Positions 15,701-26,900 of a stretch of 64,000 nucleotides of DNA are shown one piece after another (position 1 is the stretch's first letter; each line of letters starts with the position of its first letter). The translations under genes and the position numbers were made by a program. Source of the stretch: Podarcis pityusensis (Eukaryota); NCBI GenBank assembly GCA_964106645.2, contig OZ067039.1; one strand, written 5' to 3'. The notes below the pieces were generated by a model that saw only the letters and a list, made by a program, of their open reading frames with translations, was not told the DNA's origin and ran no database searches.

Positions 15701-18700
15701 ACATGAGAAATGTTGATGTATGTTTTTAGCTTATAGTTGATTTTATCTTTCAAATGTTTTATAGAGCTGTGTTTACTGATAATGTTATTGTTTTATTCCC
15801 TTTGTAAACTACTTTGAGGTTTTTTGTTAACAATTAAGTGGTACACATAAATTTTATGAAATAAATAGACAAGCATGTAATTAACAAAGAAAAAATAGTC
15901 TACTTTCAGTCTCATCTAAGTCTGGGAGCAGACGAAATGCAAGAGGAGAGAGAACATAAGAGTATGGCATGCCTTTACGCTGATAAGGACATTCCACGCG
16001 CGTGAATAGGCAGGCCCACTTGCATACAAGACACAGGAAATGTCAATGACAAGCGACGGATTGCACACAGCACAATGACTTCTCCAGGTTCACATCTTGA
16101 TTTAGCTGAGCCTTCTGGTTTAAAACACTGTCTCCCCTTTCTAAACATGATTTTATTTGGAAGGCTCTTGCATGTAGCACCAGTGTTTCACATACAGACT
16201 ACATTATACACATAATGATTTTGGCTAAGAGAGAGAGGTTAATATCCGAGGTAACAAGGGATTAACTTTTTTTAACCAGAATGAATGCAACAGTAGTGTT
16301 ACAATATACAACTTGGTTTTAGGTACAATCATACCTCGTTACGTTTGCTTCATGTTACATTCTTTCAGGTTACGTCCCGTGGCGACCCGGAAGTACCGGA
16401 AAGGGTTACTTCTGGGTTTCGCCACTCGCACCTGCACACAAGCGCCAAATCGTGCCGCGCACCTGCACAGATACGGCGCTTCAGGTTGCGCTCTTTTCAT
16501 GTTGTAAACGGGCCTCCGGAACGGATCCCATTCGCAACCAGATGTACCACTGTATATCAAGACTGTGACATGGTGTGCACACACATTGTGCATGCATGCA
16601 CTCTCTCACTCAGGGAGTCTTCTTTAATATGTCCCATATTAACCCTTCTATATTGTACTTATATAGGGGAGAACTAGGAAGAAGTATGCTGCTTAAAAGG
16701 GTCAAGCCATTTTACTGCATATTATCTTTAGAACAGTACATAAAATATTAACTCCACTAAGCAAAAACCACAGGCCATAAGCAATTTGTTCTTTATTCAC
16801 TTAAGAAGGGGCTCAGCTGCAACCGTGCACAGTTAGGTACAGATTCCTGAGCAAGGAAGCTTCCCTTAGGTAAGCACATTTTCTGCCAAAAAAAGTTTCT
16901 AGTGACTGGGCAACATTTCACAATTCTTAAGAAAACAGAAGCTGGCTAAAGGTCAAATTCTGGGATAAGTATCATGTCTATGTAAGATATATTTAACCAA
17001 ACGAAGTTGTTAGCTATATTTTCAAATTAATGCACAATACTAATTTGCCATGGGACTCACGGCTTCTGCTACAATAGGAGGAGTTGGGATCTTCCTGACT
17101 AAGAAGTGGCAAAAACTACTTCTGTTGTAAAAGGAATCCACACCACTGAAAAACCAAAAACCTCAAGATCTTCCTATCAGACATTAACATTTATTTTATG
17201 ACTAGCAGAAGCTGAGAAACCCCTACATCTCCTATCTAGAGACAGAACTTTGCACTGGATTATCTGGAATACCTACTTACAGCCTCAAACCAAGTAACAA
17301 AGGCCAACTGACCTCTACAACATATACAAAGAAATAACAGCATTGGTCTTGCTGATGCAGCAGAGTAACACTGATAGTGCGAGCTATACTTCCATACATT
17401 AAAAAGCTGTTCCAGAAGAACTCAACTCAAGGATTCCTAGGATCTACTTTTCAATACAATATGTAAGTTTTTACAGAGCAAGATGACTATTCACCAAAGC
17501 TATTAGGCAATATCCAACTGTTGTGCTCTGCTTGTGCAACCGATTCCCCCTTCCTCTCTTCTCTGAAGTCTCCTGGGTGACCCCCAACCCAAAATCTGTT
17601 CTGGAGGGTTAGGGACCTCTCCACAAACTGAGAAGATTGGAAGGCATGAGTGACAGCAGAACAGCTAAGAGCAAGTCCCATCATTCCATGGGTGCAACAA
17701 TGGATCTTGTGTTGGGAAGATTTTGTAACATACCAATACTCTAAGTGAGCACAAATGTTTCTTCAGTATAGCTTAATTGTATTGTACCTACAAGGGCTGC
17801 TTTGGAAATCATTGGTGAGAGGGCAAGGTATCTATCTATCTTTTAAATACATAAAGGAGTATGGGAAATATTCTTACAAGAGACCAATGCTTAACTATGG
17901 TTTAACACAACTGACCAACGCGCTCGTGTTCACTGCTCAGGAGTCCCTGCTTCATTTTTCACATGTTCCTTGCTACAACAAGCTACAAGCCTTGGACTGT
18001 TGTGCTGCCTATACCAGGGCTCAAAGTTTGTTTCCCCCAAAGAAACCATGAGTAGTAAGGTAAGAATAAACCTTGGCTACCTCTTATAATTTGTTCGGAG
18101 AGAAGCAAACCACAATATCTGGTCTGAATATACAAGTCAAAGCTTGTGCCTTATTGCTCCCAGAGCAGTATGGCCAACAGCAAGGGACGAACAAAGCAGG
18201 AAGCTTTGATCAGCAGGCACCCACTACTAATTTGCAATAAACTGTGGTTAAACATTAAATATGCTTTATTGCGACGTGGAAACCAGTTCACTTATAGGCA
18301 TCAAAGACTTCACTGTGTTAGGAGAAAGTCCCAGAATTAGACATTTGGGCAGATTTTCTCTTTCTTTCAAGGATTACAATGGTTAAACATTTAACCATCT
18401 TCAGTGCTTTGTTTTAAGCTACTCTCTGTTGTTTCACAAGTATGACAATTTAAAGACTCATTATTTGGATGCTGATATTCTAACGAATTGCATACACATG
18501 GCCAAAATATGTATGTGCTTAATACCTATTTGACACACCATCTTTATATATAGGCTACAGATGCCTGCAGCCTCTCTTGTACATAATTCTCAAAATGAAA
18601 ATAATCAAATAGGTAGCTCCTCCTCACATAAACTACAAACATCTGCCTGACATTTGACAGCCAGATGGACTATGTTATTAAGAACAGGACTAAAACAACT

Positions 18701-20491
18701 CCTCTGATTATATACAAAGTTTCCTAACCTGCACAACGACTTTAACTACTGCTCCCATAGGTGGAGCTGCCACAGCACGACCTTTCTCCTTCTGGGGCCG
18801 CACCCTTATATATAGCTCCAAAATAACTGCTGTACTTCATAACTCTCAGATAGCTAATGATTCTGTAGTGTAGAGAAATACCTTAAAACTGTTCTCAAGT
18901 AGCTTTATCAGTAGGCCAAAAACAACACCAAGGATGGTGACACTAAGATTCTAGAAAACTGCATTCCCACAATCTTTGAAAACAGATGTCCAGTTTTAGA
19001 GTACAATGATTCAAAACTAAAGTGCTAGTTGTTCTCATCTGCCCCCCCCAACAGTGAAGAACAAAGAAGTACACAAGTTATTTAATGTTATTAACACATC
19101 CATATTCTAAAGGCCAGCCATGCACTGAAGCAGATTTCAAGAGGGTGGGGACCCTCTCAATTAACAAGAATTAAGAAGGCTTCACAACTGGTCTCACTGC
19201 TCCTGACATGCATAAATTAGTGTATTTTTAAACGCAGGAGCTCAGACTTGGATTGACTTACACCCTTGTATAGATAGCAGCATGCACAGTCAGCAATCCC
19301 ATTACAGCCACTCAATGCATACTGCAATGCATAGGCATATGCCTTTGCAGGATTGAACCATTAACTATTTGCCAGCATCAGTTTCATCTATCAGATTTTT
19401 TTTTCTGGCTTACCTTTGCATAAAGCCTATGAATTTGAAAGGCGACACCTAGACTAGCTTACAACATACAAAATGCAGGAGAAAATCCACATCATCCCTC
19501 AGGGTCTATTAAAGATTTATTACCAAAGATGTAAGTTAGCAGGCCTCTGGCTCAGGTTCACAGTTACACTGCCATCAAAATTAGGGGACTAAGCTGAAAA
19601 TAACCAGGTGTGCCTTAGTTCCAGAAAGCAGCGCAAAACCTGTAATTTCTCCCCATGTGACAATTCAGCTAAAAGCTATAGCAGACATGACAAGTGACAA
19701 AAGGAGAAGAGTTACTCTGCAAAAAATAACCTAAACCTAGGCAATTATTTCTCTCAAACCAGCCTACTTCCTGGAAGCCTCACAGTAAACAACTCCATCT
19801 GAGTATTATTAATTTTTCTTCACCGACAGCTGGTGCATTTCCAAACCTCATACTTCACTGTCAGAACCCTTCGGCCCAGAAACATGTAGTCAGGAATTTT
19901 TTCCCACCCCAGCTTAGAAGCCAAATAAAAGAAGTGGGGAAGAAAGGGGGGGGGGAGAGAGGAGAGAAAGGAGACAAGAGCGATTTGCCCAAGGTCACAA
20001 AGGAAGTAACTGGGCACTACTGGGGCTCTCCCAGTCCTCATTTCCCCCCAGTGTCGAGCCAAGGCTCTAACTGTAAACACGCTTGCTCTGAAGTCAGTCT
20101 CCCTGCAATACCCAGGTCTTCCTTCCGAGTAAACCATGACTGTAACTGCGGTGGTTGAGCAGGCGAGGGACACGACGGTTTTACTTCCCGCTACGGGGCT
20201 TGATGCGCTTCTTGGGCGTTCCTCTGTCACCTCACGGGAAAGCAGAGTCCGCTTGGGGTGGGGGGGGCCGCGACCTGAAGGCCCCACCAGAGCGCCAGAG
20301 GCAAAGCGACCCCCGACCTCGCTTCTCCAAAGACAGCCGCTTCCCTCAGGCCGTCGTCGCGCCCCCCCCCTTCCCCAACCCCCTCTCGGTTCATGCCAGA
20401 GCGGCGCCCCCTCACCGAGGTAAATGTCCCCGAAGGAGCCGCTCCCGATCTTCCGGCCAAGCCGGTACCGGTTCCCGACTCTCAACTCCAT
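3565..20491 (-). CDS. CSNK1D: Casein kinase I delta, coding exons 1-8 (3' partial): join 20416-20491, 14246-14356, 12319-12467, 10254-10482, 8913-9083, 7809-7957, 4088-4259, 3565-3704
   Basis: Spliced translation [26 protein letters not shown]...[12 protein letters not shown]...[10 protein letters not shown]...[22 protein letters not shown]...[15 protein letters not shown] matches CK1 delta (NRYRL and the tail distinguish it from CK1 epsilon). Exon lengths 76/111/149/229/171/149/172/140, all GT-AG, phases consistent. Confidence 0.97.
4088..4259 (-). CDS. CSNK1D: CSNK1D exon 7
   Basis: [57 protein letters not shown]; 172 nt. Confidence 0.96.
7809..7957 (-). CDS. CSNK1D: CSNK1D exon 6
   Basis: [49 protein letters not shown]; 149 nt. 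Confidence 0.96.
8913..9083 (-). CDS. CSNK1D: CSNK1D exon 5
   Basis: [56 protein letters not shown]; 171 nt. Confidence 0.97.
10254..10482 (-). CDS. CSNK1D: CSNK1D exon 4
   Basis: [25 protein letters not shown]...DFG...[15 protein letters not shown]; 229 nt. Confidence 0.97.
12319..12467 (-). CDS. CSNK1D: CSNK1D exon 3
   Basis: [49 protein letters not shown]; 149 nt. Confidence 0.96.
14246..14356 (-). CDS. CSNK1D: CSNK1D exon 2
   Basis: [36 protein letters not shown]; AG/GT flanks, 111 nt. Confidence 0.96.
15408..15867. repeat. Inverted pair of LINE (L2-like) 3' tails
   Basis: 15408-15468 is the near reverse complement of 15801-15867; weaker match continues inward. Confidence 0.75.
16326..16552. 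mobile_element. Non-autonomous Tc1/mariner (Tigger-like) MITE
   Basis: TA|CAATCATACCTCG ... AGATGTACCACTG|TA; imperfect TIRs, TA TSD, CpG-rich interior. Confidence 0.75.
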
Positions 20492-21010
20492 CGAGGCGGC
20501 TCGGCAGGACCCGGACCCAGTCGCGAGGGACCCTGACTCAGAGCAGGGCGACGCCAGAGACCATCGCGGCCCTTAGCCCCGCCTCTCGACGCCGGAGGGA
20601 TTCGGGGGCGACAGCGCACCCCGGGTGGGGAGGATGGACGCAGATTCCCCGAGACCCGGATCCTCCCTCAGCGCAGCTAAGCCCCAGCCGCCATATTATG
20701 TGACCTCACTTCCTTGGCAACAGGGGGCGGAGCTTTGCGACGGAGGAGCATCCTCTTCTGAGGGAAAGCTGGGTCAGGGGGACCAGATTGTGAGGCCGCG
20801 CGCGCGAGCGAGAAAGGGGTGGGGAGGGAGAGGGGCCGCGTCTCCATGGTAACCGCTGGGCGCTGGAACCTGGGCGCGGGGCTTCCCCTCGGCTCATTGG
20901 CCGCTTTCGCGCCGCGGTAGGGTTTGGACTTGGCCCCACCCGTGAGAACCGAGGCAGCTTCCACCCCATAACCAGGGCTCCGCTCACGGGCGGGTGCAGC
21001 AGCAGCTGGC
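20050..21010 (-). promoter_or_regulatory. CSNK1D CpG-island promoter and 5' UTR
   Basis: High GC/CpG. RFX X-box GTCTCCATGGTAAC 20840-20853; CCAAT (ATTGG on +) near 20896; GC box GGGGCGG near 20724; YY1-like AATATGGCGGC on minus 20687-20697. Confidence 0.8.
20416..20491 (-). CDS. CSNK1D: CSNK1D exon 1 (coding part)
   Basis: ATG at 20491, [26 protein letters not shown], donor GTGAG. Confidence 0.96.
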
Positions 21011-21994
21011 TGCGCCCTAGTATTGTCAGAGATAATTGGGCTTATTCACACCAACTTTTCTATAGGCTTCTGAGGCTGGAATAGCACGAAGCATGGTTGC
21101 AATACCGTCACGTAACCCCATAAAAAGATGGTGCCAAAGCACATGCTGGGGTTTGTCAACCCTCAAGATCTGAAACGGTTTCCAATTGATTCATGGATGG
21201 CAGTGTCCTTTCTTGAGGCAGGGTGGCTGGCAGTGGGAGAACTTGCGGAAATGTCATGAAATCATAAGGATGAAGGTGGTTCAAGGAAGGCTATTCTTGA
21301 GATGTAAAGCTGTTTCTTATCGTTTCCCCGCTTCAATTTGGGATTTGAGCTCAGGATTTGCACCCTCCCCCAGGATGTGGCTGAAAAACACAGGTTTCAC
21401 ATTTGGGCTGAGTTGTCTTTAATATGGGCCTTTTCATCTGGGAGAAGTGAATTCATGAATTCACTTCGTATTCATTTTATAGTGTTCTTACTCAAAGGCA
21501 TGAATAGGAGGAGCCACGATGCATATGTTTTACACTGGATGTTTTGCAGCTGATAAGCATCAGTCTGACTTAATTATGGTGTTTGGTGTAACGTGAAGAA
21601 ACAAACCTTAACTTTGCTCTTTTATATCTAACTTGAGCTCTTTGGATTGCCAAGGTTAAGAATGTATTCATCAGTCTGCTTTGTGTAGTCCACAAAATTG
21701 TGTGCCCTAACAGATTTGTCTCTTGAGGTGCCACTAGACTCTTTAGTTTCTTATGAAAGTTGACATTCAACATCATTCATTTAATACAAGATGACATCAT
21801 TTTAGGTTCTCTTTAGAATGGACATAGTGAAAATATCATGTGGATCCAGAATTTTGGGAAGTCTTAGTGGACACTTTTTATATATAAAATGCCGAAATGT
21901 ATTTATAACCATAGTGTGTTAGGCACAGTACTTGATTCCTACTCTTTAAGATGGTAGGAAGAAGAAAACTGTGTGTTATCACTTTACACATAAA

Positions 21995-23055
21995 ACATTA
22001 GAAAAGTAAAGTACTTTATTTACCAATGAGTCTGAAAAGTGCTGGTCAGAGTCTTAAATGATCTGAGGCATGAGTATCTAAAGGAGGATTCCCCCCAAAA
22101 ACATTTCATAGTTAACCCATATTATGAAAGGTTGTTGTCAAGATAAAAATACTGCAATAAATTGTTTTATCCAAGAACCACTATTTGAAATCACTAGCAC
22201 TGTGTCTTTCAGTTAAGGTGTGGTATGTAGGGCAGTGTGAGAGAATTATGAACATATTTTGCATTGTCTGACTTCCATAGCGATTGGTTTGGGAAAGTCA
22301 AATGATGGGGGTAAAGTGACCAAATATACTATTTGATATACAGTGTTTTTAAAGTGCTGGTTTGTCTTTCGAATGCTTTAAAATGAAAGCAAACGATAAG
22401 AAATTAAGTATCCACCAGTGACCACTTGGGGTCAGTATTACACTACTGTTATTGAGCTTGAAACTAGATGCCTTCCAATGCCCACTTGGTGCAAAATATT
22501 CCCACAGCTCTGATTATGTAACCCATGAAGGAGAGAAAGTAGTCAAATATGTAAGATTCTAGTACTCAGAGGTATGCTACTTCTAAAGACAGAAGTCCCT
22601 CTTAGTTACCATATGTAACAGGCACCACTAGACCTATTCCCCATGAAGACGTCCAACTTAGCAGCTCCAGCAGCACTTCCATAAGCATGCACTGTGAAAT
22701 GGTATTTACCTTCTTCCCACCATTCAAACATGTAACCCACCCATTTAGGTACATTTCATCAAAAACCAAGTGCTTCAAACTATTGAGGGTGGGTGGATTA
22801 CATGTTTGAATGTTCAGTTTTAGTGCATCCTTTAAGGCTGTCCTACATAATTTCTCTGCATGTGTGGATTAGCCCCTACTTTCATGCAATATGTTCTCTT
22901 AAATAACACTGGTGATGTTATGGAGAAATATTAGAGACGAGTTTCTGCCAAGTTATTCAAAAAGCTATGTATTGCTACAAATGCACATACATATAAATAC
23001 ATCAAGGCAATGAAGAAAAGTTAATCCACTTTCTTAAAGTCACAGGGTACACCAT
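21995..23055 (-). other. UTP18: Probable non-coding last exon (3' UTR) of UTP18 with polyadenylation signal
   Basis: Donor GAG|GTAATT at 23907, 20 nt after the stop. Strong acceptor ctcttctctctacag| at 23055. AATAAA on minus at 22015-22020 followed by a U/GU-rich tract. 3' end approximate. Confidence 0.55.
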
Positions 23056-23191
23056 CTGTAGAGAGAAGAGTATGAAGAGCAAGTCAGCAAATGTTCAAGA
23101 AAAAGGCTGCATCCTCCAAAAAGCCAATTAATGCATAAGAATATGAACAGTTATATTAGCAAGGATTTAAGCAATGAATAGCACTAGACTA

Positions 23192-23528
23192 TGGAGCTGT
23201 GAGTTAAACCACTGAGCCTGGGGCTTGCCGATCAGAAGGTCGGCGGTTCGAATCCCCGTGATGGGGTGAACTCCCATTGCTCGGTCCCTGCTCCTGCCAA
23301 CCTAGCAGTTTGAAAGCACGTCAAGTGCAAGTAGATAAATAGGTACCGCTCTGGCGGGAAGGTAAACAATGTTTCCGTGCGTTGCTCTGGTTCACCAGAA
23401 GCGGCTTGGTCATGCTGGCGACATGACCCAGAAGCTGTACACCAGCTCCCTTTGCCAGTAAAGTGAGATGAGACCTGCAACCCCAGAGTCGTCCGTGACT
23501 GGACCTAACGGTCAGGGGTCCCTTTACC
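23192..23528 (+). mobile_element. Sauria SINE (lacertid type), slightly 5'-truncated
   Basis: tRNA-like head with B box GGTTCGAATCC, body near-identical to copies at 45522 and 52052, CCTTTACC tail; 13-bp TSD TAGCACTAGACTA / TAGCACTGGACTA. Confidence 0.92.
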
Positions 23529-23926
23529 TAGCACTGGACTAAATGTCCAGTGAAACCAAGTAAGATTTACATTTGTTTTAATTTTTATTGTTAATTGTAA
23601 ACTGTGATTTCAGTGTTATCGATTGCTGCGCTGGGACCCTTGCAGGAAGGGCAGACTACAAATACTTGTACTACAAATGCATGTGCTGTTGTGTAGCATA
23701 ATTCAGTGCATACATTCTCAAAAGGAAAGCCCACTTAGTTCAGTGTGCTTTATTCCAAATAAGTGCACACACTTCACTAACCATTAAAATTCAATACAAA
23801 ACTGCAATGAACTGAATTTCTTTCTGACTCTGAAATTGTAACAAGGAAATTTAAACTATATTGCCCGCAATTCTCCAGCAGCATTTCTACTTCAGTTGAT
23901 AATTACCTCAGTCTAAAGTCATCAGT

Positions 23927-23951
23927 TTAGAAATCTGAGTAGTGTTTCAAC
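23927..23951 (-). CDS. UTP18: UTP18 exon 13 coding part (exon probably extends to donor at 23907)
   Basis: ttgcag|G TTG AAA CAC TAC TCA GAT TTC TAA = (R)LKHYSDF*. Confidence 0.93.
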
Positions 23952-26900
23952 CTGCAAAGTTAAAACGCAATAGTTTGAGATATTCCCAACTACAAGACCA
24001 CAAAGCACCCTGCTTTAGCTTTCTAAATTATACCACAGTGGTTCTAATATTTTATGGCAATGTTTTCATCTAACATCAACATATCAGGGTACAGAGTAGC
24101 AAAGTATGTTTTTAAAAGAGACAAGGGAAATAAGAATGTGCAAGAAAATTCAAATTGTGCCTAGGTCAGTTAAATTATAAAAACCTGTTTTATTATTATT
24201 AGGTATCAAAGGCAATATTCATCTAAGCTATACTAAGACTAGTTACTCTGAGTATGACTAACATTAATACTGCCCACAGTCAATAATATAACACAAATCT
24301 GAAGAAATCTAAGAGTTAAGTATCACTGTAATTGCAGTAGCATGATTTAATACGTACCTATACAATAAAGCTTTGCCTTTGTTATTTGCTATGGAAAAAT
24401 ATCCACTTCTGGGTGAGAAGTCCATGGAGTTAGCCAAGTATATTAACTTTCTTTTGAACACCGGAAAATTTGGGAATACAGTAAATGAAGGAATGTGCAC
24501 CTGCGAAGGAGAGTGGAGCAAGGTAATGAAACAGAGGGGCTGGGTAAGTGAAAGCATACTTCACTGTCATACATAATATAATTAATAATAATAATATTTT
24601 TTTATACCCCATCCTCCCCAGCCAAAACAGGGCTCGGAGCGGCTAACATGAAAATAAACCTTCAAACATTAATTTTTACAGTTACTTTCAAGACAATAAC
24701 TCTGAACCCAACACTTTATCTTAAGCAAAGGCTTGTGCACAACTAGCAGGATTTTCTAACCCTTTCCCCTGCATCTGTCCATTTACAAGCTACTTTAGAA
24801 ATTCCCTGAGTTTTGGTACAGAGGATCTCCCAGGATGGGAGGCTGGAGGAAGAGGGGGAAACTCCCAGGTGAGACCTAGGAGGGTTCACTCTTCTGTGTG
24901 AAATAAAGGTTAAGATATTGGTCTTTTATTCTCTTTCACTTCTTCTTTCTTTTCTTTTCCTTTTTTCCTACTTTTCTTCTCTAGATTAGTTTGGCTATAT
25001 GAAAAGTATTAATAAAAAGTGATTATAAAAAAGAAAATTTCCTGTCCAGGATCTTTCTAACTACAGATTTTGCATATACAGTTACAATTAAAACTACATG
25101 GGCTGATCCTCACCCCTTGTGGGCTGCCTGTTCCTGCACTTGCAGGATATGAACCACATGACGTTTCCACCAGCTGTGTGACATCTAGGTTTTTCTGGAG
25201 CTAAATCCCACTTTTCGCCTAAATGGTAGCAATGTGAAAAGCTTTTCTAATATGATAAAATGGATGTTTTGGGGTTCTCTCATTTTCCCCTGTTCCAAAA
25301 CAGAAATTGGCAGACTGTGTGCACTGGTGAAAAGGAAAAGGTTTCCCCATATAAAGCTCCTAAAATGAGAAATGTTTGCCTCAAACCATAAAGTATAGGC
25401 ATTTCTGTCTTTCTGTTGTCGTATTTTTGGTAATTTCCCAGAAGACTTATTCAAACCCAATACATTCTCACGATCCAAGAACCACGCAACGTGTGTGTCT
25501 GTTCTATGTATGTGAAAATGCTTGCAGCTTGCAATTACTTGAGCAACTAGGATGTCACAGAATGTTCAGACATGCAAAGCGCTCAAGGTGAAGTGGTCAG
25601 CAACAGAATGTTGACAAATAACAAAACTCCTGTAAAGGAAAATGATAATCACGAGCAGGAGAAAAATTCTCCAGTAAGCGACCTAGTTATAATAGTTCTA
25701 AGAGGAACTGTTTTTTGTTTGTTTTGCTGAATTAAGGCCAGGGGAGGTGGACAGGGGATCTCTGTAGGCATGGGAATCCAAGGTTGGGATGCTGAGGAGC
25801 ACCTTAGGAGCTGAAAAGAACAAGCAGGAAAACTCCAGCTTAAATTGAATTGAATTAATACTTAGCTATTGAATTAAACTTAGGAGAAATTCTTACCAGC
25901 TTTACCGCCTCATCTACTTTATTAGAAGCAATTGCCAATATTTCAGTGGTGGGACTGAAGGATAACGATGTTGCAGGTGTGACCAAGTTCATTATAGCTT
26001 TAAGAGGCTTAGGACTAGTTTCCCTAAGACAGTCGTCCTGAGCATACACATTCACAACTCCAGAACTAGAACTAGAAAAAAAAGAGTTTGTGGCTTATAA
26101 AATGCTTAAACCAGAATTAAATTAACTCAGCAATTTATATTCATGATCCTATGTTTCTCCAGATGTACTGACCGTCATTTCCCATAAGCAATACTGAGGA
26201 AATGTTGATGCGTAACTATAACAAAATCTTATTCATGTAAGTAAAAAGAGTACATTTTTTTACTACATTTATGCTTAAGTTTGTAGAAGGGAGGCTCCAT
26301 CTACAGAAAGAGGTTTGACAGCTACAGCCACTCTTAGACTGGGAAAGCCTTGCCACAGTAGTTCATGCATGAAGTGATTTCAAGTAGATTACTCCAATGC
26401 ACTCTATGTGGGGCTTTCCTTCTGCTTGCTCTGGAAGCTGCAGTTAGTGCAGAATGCTGCAGCACAATTGCTGACTCCTACATATGCTGCAAGAAGCTCA
26501 CCTGTATCTTAGGGGGAGCAATTAGCCACAGCCATTTTTAAATCAAGGCAAGCAACATGGCAGCTCTACAGAATTTAAGGGCAAAAAGCTGCTCAATATT
26601 TACTCAGTCAAGTCTTCCAAGTCATGGGAGCTCTCTATGTATCAAACACGGACTAAAAATAAGATATTTCTGAAGACTACTTTGATAAAGCCTGGAACTT
26701 GATCTAAAAAGCATTTGCAATCTGTTTACCTGTCATACTGGCAAGTTATTTTGTTACCATATATAAAGATACACCACTAAATTATTTGTCGATTTTGCCC
26801 TCCTCTGAATTTGGCCTCTTATAGCACATTACTAAGAATGTTTACTCAAAAGTAAGTCCCACTGAAATCAAGTGGATTTAATATGCTGAGAGCTGCAACA

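Noticed and set aside
19820-20415. 223-aa ORF continuing past CSNK1D exon 1, and overlapping ORFs such as 20155-20703
   Set aside because: Kinase similarity stops at the GT donor (20415); the rest is stop-poor GC-rich intron/CpG island.
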